Positions 1 through 9,395 of a DNA stretch of 64,000 bases are shown piece by piece. Made by a program: the position numbers and the translations under genes. The notes below the pieces were generated by a model. The model saw nothing but the letters and a program-made list of their open reading frames with translations. It ran no database searches and was not told where the DNA came from. The stretch lies in sequence record OP599913.1. One strand, written 5' to 3'. The first letter of the stretch is position 1. Every line of letters starts with the position of its first letter.

Positions 1-1545
1 ACCAGCACCTGCCGAGCCCTCACCAGTACGGCTAACCTGATCAATGAACGGTTAATTACCGGTAACCGCTTGTTGTTAACCTACAACAAGACAATGGAAC
101 TGTTCGTCAGCCAACTCCAGTTCGCCGACCGTGATTTAATCCAAACGGTGATTGATGAGTACGGGATGGCGTACGCTACGGTCGATCAGGTCATGGACAT
201 GGTGAGACGGTGTACCGCGTACTACTGGGATAACCCTGTTAAACTCAGGGCTATTGAACAGTTCTTGAGGGATCTCACCCCCTTAGAACTGACCATTATC
301 CTCTGTACCCAGGATTTGAGAGGGCTGTATACCACCAACCCAGACCTGACGAAACGGTTCTTTAAGGAATGGTGCGATATCCCAGAGCTTCCGGAAGGGG
401 TTAAGGAAGAGGATCATCCTAAACCCTTGAATGGGGATTATTACATCCTGTGTTTAACCAAGCTCGGGGAAAAGTCCAGTAAAGCCCAAATCAACTTCTT
501 GAATGGTTATCACTTGGAGGTTGAGAAACGCTGGGGGAACTTCATTAGTGCGTTCCTCAAATCTTCTATCCCTCCCACCGACATTTACAGCGTCAAAGAG
601 TTGGTTCGTGAAAACGTAATGACCTCTGATACAGACGCCTGTATTTACAGTGTGGATCAACTGATTCAAGAGTTCTCGACTGACCCTACGGTTTCGTTGA
701 GGTTCAATGGCGTTCTAACCTTCTTCATCCGCAACATTGCGATCGACCAGCATGCTAAACTCAGTCGCAACATGAATGTGGCTAAGAAGTACGAGCGTCG
801 GTTGAATATGAAGAATGAGTACTTGTATGCGTCGTATGTGACGACCTCCATGTCGAAACACTACTTCGCGTTGCAACTCATGGTGGAAGGGGTCTTGAAT
901 AAGAAACCGAAGTTGGATTTGAAGGGGGTTCACTTACGAGGGGTTAAGATTGCGGAATTGGTGAGGAAGTTCACCGGGAAACTCATGCGGAAAATCTTGG
1001 ATGCATTGTACACCCGTGAGAAGCTGGATGCACCTAAGATTTTGAGGGAGGTGGCTGACATCGAGCGTCAGTTGTTTGCCAACCTGGAAGAAGGAGGTTG
1101 GGCGTGGTTAACGATTGAAGGGGTCAAGGACCCATCAGCCTATACAGACCCAGAGAGTAACGAACGGTACATCAACCATTTGTTCTGGGACGAAGTATTG
1201 GCTCCTAAGTATGGGGATACCCCCCCATTCCCGTATAAGGCCTACAAGATCAACCTGACCTTAACCGGTAAGAAGAAACTGGAGGACTTCTTTAACAGCA
1301 TCGAGGATCCGAATTATAAAGCCCTGTTGGTGGATAACCTTAAAGGACGAGATAAGCTGAGTTCCATCTATATCCCTACCGATCAGATAGATCAAATGGG
1401 TGGAATCCCTAAAGAGTTTATCCCGTTTATTGACAAACGCCGAATCGTTAGTCATAACCTAAAATCCATTTATGCGATTCTAGAAGCGTTAGGACTCTTT
1501 ATCTTAAATGCTAAGGTAACGAGGCTGGTTTCTGATGAACATTGA
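1..1545 (+). CDS. Family B DNA polymerase, C-terminal catalytic subunit of split polymerase (phiKZ gp50-like); 5' end outside window
   Basis: Frame open from base 1 (TSTCRALTSTANLINER...); motif-C-like VMTSDTDACIYS; precedes chimallin as in phiKZ. Confidence 0.85.
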   Translation, partial: TSTCRALTSTANLINERLITGNRLLLTYNKTMELFVSQLQFADRDLIQTVIDEYGMAYATVDQVMDMVRRCTAYYWDNPVKLRAIEQFLRDLTPLELTIILCTQDLRGLYTTNPDLTKRFFKEWCDIPELPEGVKEEDHPKPLNGDYYILCLTKLGEKSSKAQINFLNGYHLEVEKRWGNFISAFLKSSIPPTDIYSVKELVRENVMTSDTDACIYSVDQLIQEFSTDPTVSLRFNGVLTFFIRNIAIDQHAKLSRNMNVAKKYERRLNMKNEYLYASYVTTSMSKHYFALQLMVEGVLNKKPKLDLKGVHLRGVKIAELVRKFTGKLMRKILDALYTREKLDAPKILREVADIERQLFANLEEGGWAWLTIEGVKDPSAYTDPESNERYINHLFWDEVLAPKYGDTPPFPYKAYKINLTLTGKKKLEDFFNSIEDPNYKALLVDNLKGRDKLSSIYIPTDQIDQMGGIPKEFIPFIDKRRIVSHNLKSIYAILEALGLFILNAKVTRLVSDEH

Positions 1546-1590
1546 GGGTGGGTTTACGCTCAGAAACGAGGCGAATCAATAACACTGACA

Positions 1591-1637
1591 TACCGAGAGA
1601 GGAGGCCCTAAGCCTGCCTCTCTCGGTAGTTTTTATT
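1591..1637 (+). terminator. Intrinsic terminator between convergent genes
   Basis: 12-bp stem TACCGAGAGAGG/CCTCTCTCGGTA followed by GTTTTTATTT. Confidence 0.8.
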
Positions 1638-1700
1638 TAACTTTTTCAATAAGCTTATTGGGTAAGTCAATTTCTTGACCTCCCACAAGATGGCAGCGTA

Positions 1701-2801
1701 CTATTTCTTGAGGTTAATACGGTTTAGTGTATTCAACTCGTCTGCCAGTTCCAAGAACCATCCTTTGAAGTACGATTCAGGGATACGTTGGTAGTTATTC
1801 ACCCGTTTCAAATGACTTCGTTCCACCACACTGTTAATGTCAGCCGCGGGGTAATTCCCGTGGTTGCAAATACTCAAGTAGATGGAATACAGCTTCATTA
1901 AAGCCGGTTCCCAAACCCAACTGGTTTGCGTAAACAACGCATTCTTACCCGCCGGAATGTAGTTGAAGTAGGGCTGTTTATAAATCGACTCAAGGGTAAC
2001 GAGGAGATGTTCCAGGTTAAAGAGCCTACGCCCTGTTAACGCCTCTCCCAGGAAAGTCAGGTAGAGGTCCATTAGCCGTTGTTCACTGACCGTATTAAAC
2101 ACCACTTTGTCCGAGTTCATCACACTCTTCAGTGGCTGTTGGTGAACGAAGTGGTCGTAGAGGGTGTTAATGACCGTAAGTTGATTGTGAATCAACTGGG
2201 CGTTGGCTAAAGGGATCTGAGCAACAAATGCCCGTATACCCGTATCCCGCTCGTAGTCCATTTGCTGGTACGCCCACCACGCAACAGCCAGCTCCACCAA
2301 GTCCACACCTATAATGGCCAGGTCATTGATCTGTCCGTTAACCGTCTTATCTCGGTTCAGAGGGTGGGAATAACTTCGTTCGGTAACGGTGGAACACAAC
2401 GGTACCACAGGACACATGGATACAAAGTCAATAGGAGCACTGTATTGCTTGGTATTCTCAATCAGACACCAGTGTTCACGTACACTGTTCCGGTAGAACC
2501 CATTCGTGATTGCTTTACCCACATGACCCAACGAGGTAATATTAAACAACGTACATAATGAATACGCCCGGAACCTCGTATAACTGACCACGTAGGAGAG
2601 ATCCCAATCCTTATTGATGCTTAACTGTTGAAGTAATCCTACCAGGACGTGTTCGTTCTCAGTATGGAACGGCTGTGCCCTGACGTAGTGGAAAAAGGCT
2701 TTACGGTTAAACGCTGTTTGCCGTTGCAGGTTACCCAAGTCACCGAACCGTAACCGGGGATAAACCGTGTTAGACGGTTTAGGGAATGACAAGGTTAGCA
2801 T
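1701..2801 (-). CDS. Conserved phiKZ-like protein, probably virion structural (gp52-like by synteny)
   Basis: Long ORF; ATG at 2801 (MLTLSFPKP) preferred; sits between polymerase and chimallin. Confidence 0.6.
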   Translation of the reverse strand: MLTLSFPKPSNTVYPRLRFGDLGNLQRQTAFNRKAFFHYVRAQPFHTENEHVLVGLLQQLSINKDWDLSYVVSYTRFRAYSLCTLFNITSLGHVGKAITNGFYRNSVREHWCLIENTKQYSAPIDFVSMCPVVPLCSTVTERSYSHPLNRDKTVNGQINDLAIIGVDLVELAVAWWAYQQMDYERDTGIRAFVAQIPLANAQLIHNQLTVINTLYDHFVHQQPLKSVMNSDKVVFNTVSEQRLMDLYLTFLGEALTGRRLFNLEHLLVTLESIYKQPYFNYIPAGKNALFTQTSWVWEPALMKLYSIYLSICNHGNYPAADINSVVERSHLKRVNNYQRIPESYFKGWFLELADELNTLNRINLKK

Positions 2802-2963
2802 GTGAGTATTTTTCCAGTGATGAACTATTATATAGCACACCACGGTCTCCCGGTTCGTCCGGGAGTCGTTGGAGTGCAATTTCGAAAATGGTATGAGTTT
2901 GAACAAGTACCTATAGCATTTCAGCCTAAAAAGCCGGAATGTCACCAGGTGCTAGAATTTTTC

Positions 2964-2976
2964 AAACCCATATTAC
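2964..2976 (+). promoter_or_regulatory. Putative phage early promoter upstream of chimallin
   Basis: AAACCCATATTAC; same 13-mer family at 12992, 17959, 63239; resembles phiKZ early consensus TATATTAC. Confidence 0.6.
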
Positions 2977-3079
2977 CAGTGTGAATCGCCACAAGGATAT
3001 TTGTGTGTGTAGGCAAACACTACGCGATTCCGCTATAGCGAAGCAAACCCTTTCTTAAGAAAACGATGGAGTTTACCCC

Positions 3080-5092
3080 ATGGCTGTGAATAAAGGTCGT
3101 TCGTCCGAATCCACCACTCAGAACTCTTCCTGGACTGATGAAGAAGCCGGCGACAACGGTTTGAGCGCCAGCGTACGTCAAGACACCACCGGTCTGTCGG
3201 GCCTCTTCAGCCTGACCTCGATGACTTCGGACAACCGCAATATGGTGGAAGTCTCCGAAGTCGCCAAGATCCTCAAGGAACGTTTCACCCGTATTGCAGA
3301 GGCTACCACTCCGGAAGCTCAGCGCAACATCGTTCCGAACGTGGATGAAATGACCGCCGGCATCTCCAGCATCCTCCCGGGCCTGGTACTGCACAAAGTC
3401 ATCAACAACAAACTCTGGGTAATGGGCGTCCTGTTCTCCAACAAGGACCTGACCATTTCCTCGGAGCCGATCCGTATCAACACCCTCAACGGTATCCAAC
3501 AGCAAATCTCGGTGCCGCTGACCCCGACCAACTACGCCAACGAAGCGGTCATGAAGAACCTGGTGTCTTACTACACCCGTGTGGCGGAACAGCAAGGCGC
3601 GAAAGGGGTTGAAGTCATCAACATGGTCGTGGTTGACCTGGAGATGCTGAACCACCCGGAAGCCGGCGATCCCAAGGACCGTTCGGCCAAGCTGGCGGGT
3701 TACCTCACCAACCAGTGGGAAACCGGTGTTCTGGTCCGTGCGACCATCGAGATCGCCAGCGCTGGCGTTCCACTGCCGTCTCCGTTCGCGGATCCGAAGC
3801 ATCCCTTCGGTAAAGACGGTTGTGCGGAAGCGCGGGTTACTGCCATCCAGGAACGTGTTACCAAGGCGTTCACCCTGAGCGCTGCGAACATGGAAGTGGT
3901 GGCGGCTACCATCAGCGACCTCAACCGTAGTGGTGGTGTCTCTTCCCAGAACAACAGCAAGGAGATCGCACGCGCTACGGCTATCGTCAGCCTGGCAGGT
4001 ATCACCATGCAGGCTCACCAAGCCAACCTGGCTGCCAGCCGCGGTGCCGCTCAGCACAATGACCTGATCAATCAGTTCCTGAACCTGACCGGTGGTGTTT
4101 ACCCGCACGGCTACCGTCCGCTGCATCCGGTGATCACCATGGAAACCGCGTACGCCGGTGAGATGATGAACTTCAACCAGGGTCTGTTCCCGTTCTTCTT
4201 CGGGCTGTACCTGCTGATGACCACCAACACCGACTACGTCTTCTCTGAAGCACTGCGTAAGGTGAGTGTGGGTCAACGGGGTAACTTGAGTGCACTGGAA
4301 CCGCGTATCGACAGTCTGCTGGGTGGTGTGAACCCGCCGAACCGTCTGAAACTGAATGACAAAAACATCACGGATATCGATGTTGTTAACCAATGGATTC
4401 GTCAGAACGTTTCGCAACACGCGATCTTCCGTTCGAACATCGTCCTGAACGGTCCGGATTCCGCGATCAACAACTTCCTCAGCCGGCTGAGCCAGCAAAA
4501 CCGTTCTAAGGAAGTGGGGATTGTGGTATCGGTGATCGATGCGATGACCAAGAACAAGTTCTCTCAGATCATCGAGCAGAACCGTTCGGCACGCACCGGT
4601 TGGACCCCGGAAAAACCGGTTCTGCACCGCACCCCGATCCTGGTGGTCAACGGCTTGGCTGAAGCGCCCAATGGTAAGAAACTGAATACCTTGGAAGTGG
4701 ATGAAATGCTGCTGGGTCACTACAAAGGTGCGAACGGTGCTCAGGCGATGATGAACTACCTGGCAGTCATGTACGGTGTTACCAACGAAGACCCCAAAGC
4801 TCGTTGCCAGAAACTCAACCTGGAGCTGAACCAATCGCTGTTCAACGGCGCGGTTCACATCAACAGCTACTCGCAAGCGGCGGTCTGGGACCCGAACTTC
4901 ATGGCGGCCCTGGCGCAAGCTATGGAAAGCCTGGGTAGCATGAACGCAGCGAACTCCGCGGCCAGCTTCCGTCCGAATCAGGCTGTTTATGTACCGGGTG
5001 CAGGTCTGGCTACTACCGCCTTTGCAGGTGGTAGTTCCCTGTCCAACCCGAACCTCATGAACGCCTTCCTGGGTGGTTTTGCGTTCGGCTGA
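3080..5092 (+). CDS. chmA: Chimallin, major phage nuclear shell protein (phiKZ gp54-like)
   Basis: 670 aa, disordered N- and C-termini, strong codon bias, immediately upstream of nvRNAP beta-prime and followed by a terminator, the canonical chmA position. Confidence 0.85.
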   Translation: MAVNKGRSSESTTQNSSWTDEEAGDNGLSASVRQDTTGLSGLFSLTSMTSDNRNMVEVSEVAKILKERFTRIAEATTPEAQRNIVPNVDEMTAGISSILPGLVLHKVINNKLWVMGVLFSNKDLTISSEPIRINTLNGIQQQISVPLTPTNYANEAVMKNLVSYYTRVAEQQGAKGVEVINMVVVDLEMLNHPEAGDPKDRSAKLAGYLTNQWETGVLVRATIEIASAGVPLPSPFADPKHPFGKDGCAEARVTAIQERVTKAFTLSAANMEVVAATISDLNRSGGVSSQNNSKEIARATAIVSLAGITMQAHQANLAASRGAAQHNDLINQFLNLTGGVYPHGYRPLHPVITMETAYAGEMMNFNQGLFPFFFGLYLLMTTNTDYVFSEALRKVSVGQRGNLSALEPRIDSLLGGVNPPNRLKLNDKNITDIDVVNQWIRQNVSQHAIFRSNIVLNGPDSAINNFLSRLSQQNRSKEVGIVVSVIDAMTKNKFSQIIEQNRSARTGWTPEKPVLHRTPILVVNGLAEAPNGKKLNTLEVDEMLLGHYKGANGAQAMMNYLAVMYGVTNEDPKARCQKLNLELNQSLFNGAVHINSYSQAAVWDPNFMAALAQAMESLGSMNAANSAASFRPNQAVYVPGAGLATTAFAGGSSLSNPNLMNAFLGGFAFG

Positions 5093-5113
5093 TACGAGAG
5101 TGTGCTGAAACAG

Positions 5114-5150
5114 TAAAGGTTAGGGGGCTTTCGGGCTCCCTAACCTTTAT
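5114..5150 (+). terminator. Intrinsic terminator after chmA
   Basis: TAAAGGTTAGGG/CCCTAACCTTTA stem, T-rich tail. Confidence 0.75.
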
Positions 5151-5179
5151 TCCGCTTTTGTCTTTTTGGAGTTTATTCG

Positions 5180-6619
5180 ATGGAATTACCTGAACTGACT
5201 CCGAGCCTTTCGTTGGCCATTAAACGGTTAACGGAATACAGTGAAGAAGTGCTGGATCCCCTTAAGGACTTTGTTGGCTACGCCAGTAAGCTGGATTTTT
5301 CCTTGGAGGATGATCCTCGGTTCTCGATGCCGGCCTATCCCGATTTTGAAGACTACGACTACCTGCACGATACCAGCCGTCTTAAGCAAGTCTACCTGAA
5401 TGACTTCGATTTCAATCTGGAAGAAGACCGAGAAGCCCTCAGTCGGTTAACCCGGATGGAGTTTGAGGGTAATTCGTTTGATACCGTTGCGCGGTGTTTG
5501 TGTAAGGACGGCAAGGGACTCCGGGGTAACTACCTCCTGGGTACCGAACGGGTGTGTCCACGGTGTGGGAGTAAAGCAGAACTCTTCTTGGATCAAGGGG
5601 AAGACACCCGGATCTGGCTCAAATGCCCCGAAGGGGTGAAGAAGTTCGTTAACATCGGGTTCTTTACGACCTTCTTTAACAATATCAGCATAGGAAACCC
5701 GTCCCCCAAGATCAATGTACCGCGTTACTTCATTGATCCTCTGTATCGAACCAAGGTTAAGAAGCAACGGAATGGAACCCTCATTGCCATTAACCAGATG
5801 CTCGGTGACTTGGAGATCCACCATGTCGACCTGAACACGTTCTATGATCACTGTGATCGGATCATGGAATACATTCTGGTAGGTCCAGGTGAGCGCTGGT
5901 CGAAGTACCGGGGAGGGGAAGGTGCTGAGATCCTGGAACTGTATCATCGGTATAAACACATCGCGTTCTGTAATTACATGAAGGTACCCAGTCGGTACTG
6001 CATGGTGCTGGAACGGGTGGGTAAAGAAGTCCGGAGTTATGAGCATCAGCCTGAAACAGCGAAGCTCTATAACGCCATTGCGGATACCATGAAGTCCAGC
6101 AATTGTTATCAGCTCACTGAAAAGGACTTGCAACGCAATGTGGACATTGTGGGTAAGAACCTGGTGGCGTTAGCCGATCAATTCAGGAGTGTCAATAACC
6201 CCAAAGCCGTGTTTAATAAACACGGTATCAACCGTAAGCATGTGTGCGCAGGTCCGGTGCCATTAACGGGACGGTCGGTGATTACCTCTCAAACGGGTAT
6301 TATTAATCACTCCGAAGTGATTATGCCGTGGAAGATGGTCGTTACCATCCTGGAACAACCCATTACGAACCACCTCTATCGGTTAGGGCATACCCCCCGG
6401 AGTGCCCGTAAGCTGATCTATAACGCGGCCTATCGGATCGTTCCAGAAATCGATGCGTTCTTACGGCGTGCGGAGGAGAGTCGTAAAGTCCTGGTTCAAA
6501 TGGGGCGTAACCCCTCGATTGAGTACCTCAGTCGACGCACCAATTACCTGAGGGTGAACCGGGATCTGGAAGATGAGAGTATTAAGATCCCCATTACTTC
6601 AGTCGGTCCTTACAATGCT
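5180..6619 (+). CDS. rpoC: Non-virion RNA polymerase beta-prime N-terminal subunit, exon 1 (phiKZ gp55-like)
   Basis: Zn-binding RCLC...CPRC, GRSVI, GRNPS, ends ...GPYNA immediately before intron; spliced product 543 aa. Confidence 0.9.
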
Positions 6620-8039
6620 TAACAATGATTACCCTATTCCTCTACCAGGAGGAATTCGTGCAGATAGAAAGGATATACACAACTCCTATTGAACATCCAG
6701 AGGAAGTTGGTTTTTATAAACATCCAACATTGCCGATTTGGTTGTCTAAAGACGACGATCGGATCCTCACAGAAACAGGTTTCGTGGAACCAAGCATAGG
6801 TGGCGAATACAAGTACTACATTCGTCAGCACCTCCATGTGTTGAAGCTAGAGACATTTCTGGAGAAGCCCAGCTCAACTATCAAGTTGTGGGGGAATCAC
6901 AGGGATGGGGACAAGCGCAATAATCACCTGGATAACTTGGAGTGGTGTACTCCGTCAATGAATTTGATCCATGCGTTTAAGACTGGTCTCAGGTCGGATA
7001 ACCTTCCGGGGTTACTCACCGATCTAGAAACTGGTGAGGTCAAATCATTTACGAGTTTAAGGGAATGCGCTGCCTACTTAGGTATCAATCCTGGTACACT
7101 CACTGTTTACATGAAATCTGACAGAAAGTATCCGCTCAAGTTTAAGTACTCTGTGCGTCTAATATCGGAAGAGCCTAGCAAACTGACTGCTGACGACATT
7201 GGTAAAGTAAGGAAGGGTGGTCCCAAACCTTGCAAGATCGTCAATAAACTCACTGGCGAAATAAAACATCTGGCCTTTGAGAAAAGCATTCAGGAACTGT
7301 TCGGTTTATCCGAGAGACGTTATCAGCGTGCTTTGAGAGAACGCGGATACGAAGACTGGATTTTCGAAGAAGTGAAGACGTATGAAGAATACGTCGAGTG
7401 TTTAAAGGATGATAAGGCGAAGACTGTAAAGTCTAACCGACATCTTTCTTTAGTCAAGGAAAAACAGTTGGCTACAGCTAAGAAGATTGTGGTTACTAAC
7501 AATCTGACAGGCGAAATAACTGAATTCGACAATCTTAGTGACTTCTCAATGGAGAATGGTTTCATGATAAGCGAGATCAACCGCGCTTTGAAAACCAAAG
7601 ATTCATGGAGAGAATTCACATTTAAATATCTGGAATAGGGTAATTGTTAAAGGCTCACCAGGCACGAAAGTCCTGGATGAGAATCTCTTTAATTGCTGGA
7701 ACACCCACAAAAGTGAACCACCTTACGTAACCGTAAGGGGACGAAAGTCAGAAACAACGGTTCACCTGTCCTACGCTAACCAATAACGCTAAGGGATACT
7801 GACAAGGGGCAACCAGCAGCGAAGCCTGTTGTTATTCAACAGGAACGTTCAACGGCCATTCGATGACCCGTAATCTGATTACGGCGAGAAGTAGGGTAGC
7901 AAGCTAATGGCACCCGAAACAGGAGACATCCCCCCTCTGGTTAACAGAGCGGGTGAAGATATGGTCTGACCACCGTTTAAGAGACGGTGCAGGTGCTACA
8001 ACGTACCGGGTAATGAGTTGCGACATTACTGGACAAGTG
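6620..8039 (+). mobile_element. Group I self-splicing intron (1420 nt) carrying an HNH gene
   Basis: 5' exon ends in U (GCT), intron ends in G before GAT; core motifs AATTGCTGGAA (7691), AACCAGCAGC (7811), GTTCAACGGCCA (7847), AAGATATGGTCTGA (7956); P7 GGCCA/TGGTC; removal restores PYNADFDGD. Confidence 0.93.
6658..7638 (+). CDS. Intron-encoded HNH homing endonuclease with C-terminal NUMOD1-like repeats
   Basis: NHRDGDKRNNHLDNLEWCT motif; three T(D/N)xxTGE repeats; GTG 6658 follows AGGAGG (in-frame ATG at 6625 is the alternative). Confidence 0.88.
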   Translation: MQIERIYTTPIEHPEEVGFYKHPTLPIWLSKDDDRILTETGFVEPSIGGEYKYYIRQHLHVLKLETFLEKPSSTIKLWGNHRDGDKRNNHLDNLEWCTPSMNLIHAFKTGLRSDNLPGLLTDLETGEVKSFTSLRECAAYLGINPGTLTVYMKSDRKYPLKFKYSVRLISEEPSKLTADDIGKVRKGGPKPCKIVNKLTGEIKHLAFEKSIQELFGLSERRYQRALRERGYEDWIFEEVKTYEEYVECLKDDKAKTVKSNRHLSLVKEKQLATAKKIVVTNNLTGEITEFDNLSDFSMENGFMISEINRALKTKDSWREFTFKYLE

Positions 8040-8231
8040 GATTTTGATGGCGATTCCATGTATGCCATCTTCTTGATTGACTTGGAGTCTAAAGCGAAAG
8101 CCTACGGGGGATTAGGTCATCATCAGGTATTGGATAACAACGTTCCCTTCAAGATCAGCAAGTATGCGGGACAAACCGCTACCAACCTGATGAACTTCAA
8201 TACCCTCATGCTACAGAAACCGATTGAGTAA
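8040..8231 (+). CDS. rpoC: nvRNAP beta-prime N-terminal subunit, exon 2 (catalytic DFDGD)
   Basis: Begins GAT TTT GAT GGC GAT = DFDGD; 63 aa. Confidence 0.92.
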   Translation, partial: DFDGDSMYAIFLIDLESKAKAYGGLGHHQVLDNNVPFKISKYAGQTATNLMNFNTLMLQKPIE

Positions 8232-8240
8232 GGAGGTGAA

Positions 8241-8888
8241 GTGTCGATGCGAAGTGCTAATGCCTTCAGTCACGCGATCTCAGGCAGTTTTACCGAAGAG
8301 TCCATAGCCAAGTACGCCGACTACGTAAACAACTCTACAGCGCTCCTACAGAACGCTGGAGGCTGGTTGGGACAGCAAGCCAAGAAGACTCTGGATTGTT
8401 TTACCAGCTTCGTAAACTCCCGTGCGTGGGAAATGGGTAAACGGCTGTTGAATAAGAACGACGGGGAGTATGTAGGGCGGTATTCCATTGGCTACCTGGG
8501 GAGTATTGAAGCCCTCCAAGGTGCTGAGGGATATATGCGGGACTACATCATGGCAAATCCCGTCATGATGCAGCTGTACCTGGACGGTGAAATCGAAGGG
8601 TATGGGGGAGAGTTCAGCAAGTTCTGTTCAGGTGTTGGGGAGGAGAACCTCTTCTATCGCCGCAGTATGAATGGGTTGCTGAATTTGACTACCGTGGATG
8701 ATAAACCGCATCTACGACATACCCATTACCACGACAGCCTAGGCGGTAAGATCTCCTTCAGGGAACGGTGTGATGTCCAGAAGACCTGGGCGGCCATCGA
8801 TCACCATCGGGCTAAATCCCTGTTCGACCTCACCAGTCCTGCTGGGAATAAGCTGAAGAGCGCTGAAGAAGAAACCACCGAGGAGTAA
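8241..8888 (+). CDS. Conserved chimallivirus core protein of unknown function
   Basis: 215-aa ORF with AGGAGG RBS, terminator downstream. Confidence 0.6.
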   Translation: MSMRSANAFSHAISGSFTEESIAKYADYVNNSTALLQNAGGWLGQQAKKTLDCFTSFVNSRAWEMGKRLLNKNDGEYVGRYSIGYLGSIEALQGAEGYMRDYIMANPVMMQLYLDGEIEGYGGEFSKFCSGVGEENLFYRRSMNGLLNLTTVDDKPHLRHTHYHDSLGGKISFRERCDVQKTWAAIDHHRAKSLFDLTSPAGNKLKSAEEETTEE

Positions 8889-8894
8889 GGCCTC

Positions 8895-8930
8895 TAAACC
8901 AAGCAGGGGTGATTCCCTGCTTGGTTTATT
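8895..8930 (+). terminator. Intrinsic terminator
   Basis: 14-bp stem TAAACCAAGCAGGG/CCCTGCTTGGTTTA. Confidence 0.75.
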
Positions 8931-8987
8931 ATGACCTTTTATTTTGTCTTTCTATAGAGAGCCTTCTTTCTTTAGGGAGTTAACAGT

Positions 8988-9395
8988 ATGGCGCGGTTTT
9001 GTGTAGGGACAATGGACAGTAAGTTAGGGTGGGAGACTCAGTCTCCCGATACCGCTATTTCACGTCATGTGACCTATTGGTTTACCAGTCGGGAGAACCA
9101 AGGTAAACTGATTGGAGGGGTTCCTAGTTTCTACATGATCTTTAAAGACTTCGCTCAATACCCCGATCAAATGGTGGAACAAGTCCAGGACAAATTCAAG
9201 GCGTACCTGGAGGAATTGTTCGACGAAGTCATGGTAGGTGTAAGTCGACAAAATGTTACTGGGAGTGTCAATAATTACAGGCTCATACTGACCGCTCGTG
9301 TCGTAGTGGACAATATGAAGTATGACTTGGCGCAAACCATTCTGATCACCGGTGAACTGTACAAAGTTCTGGACTTAGAGAGACTTAAACGATGA
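8988..9395 (+). CDS. Hypothetical protein, possibly T4 gp25-like fold
   Basis: 135 aa with GGGAG RBS; helix then alternating beta pattern; fold is a guess. Confidence 0.45.
   Translation: MARFCVGTMDSKLGWETQSPDTAISRHVTYWFTSRENQGKLIGGVPSFYMIFKDFAQYPDQMVEQVQDKFKAYLEELFDEVMVGVSRQNVTGSVNNYRLILTARVVVDNMKYDLAQTILITGELYKVLDLERLKR

Noticed and set aside
1647-1679. Perfect palindrome CAATAAGCTTATTG and inverted repeat GTCAA/TTGAC
   Set aside because: Between convergent genes next to terminators; no second copy seen
2802-2984. 60-aa ORF between divergent genes
   Set aside because: Overlaps the chmA promoter motif and lacks a clear RBS; cannot be excluded but unsupported
3020-4918. 632-aa antisense ORF opposite chimallin
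   Set aside because: Shadow frame produced by strong codon bias; no RBS or motif
7953-8039. ORF-track start for a 92-aa protein
   Set aside because: These codons are intron P7-P9 sequence; the coding part is exon 2 from 8040
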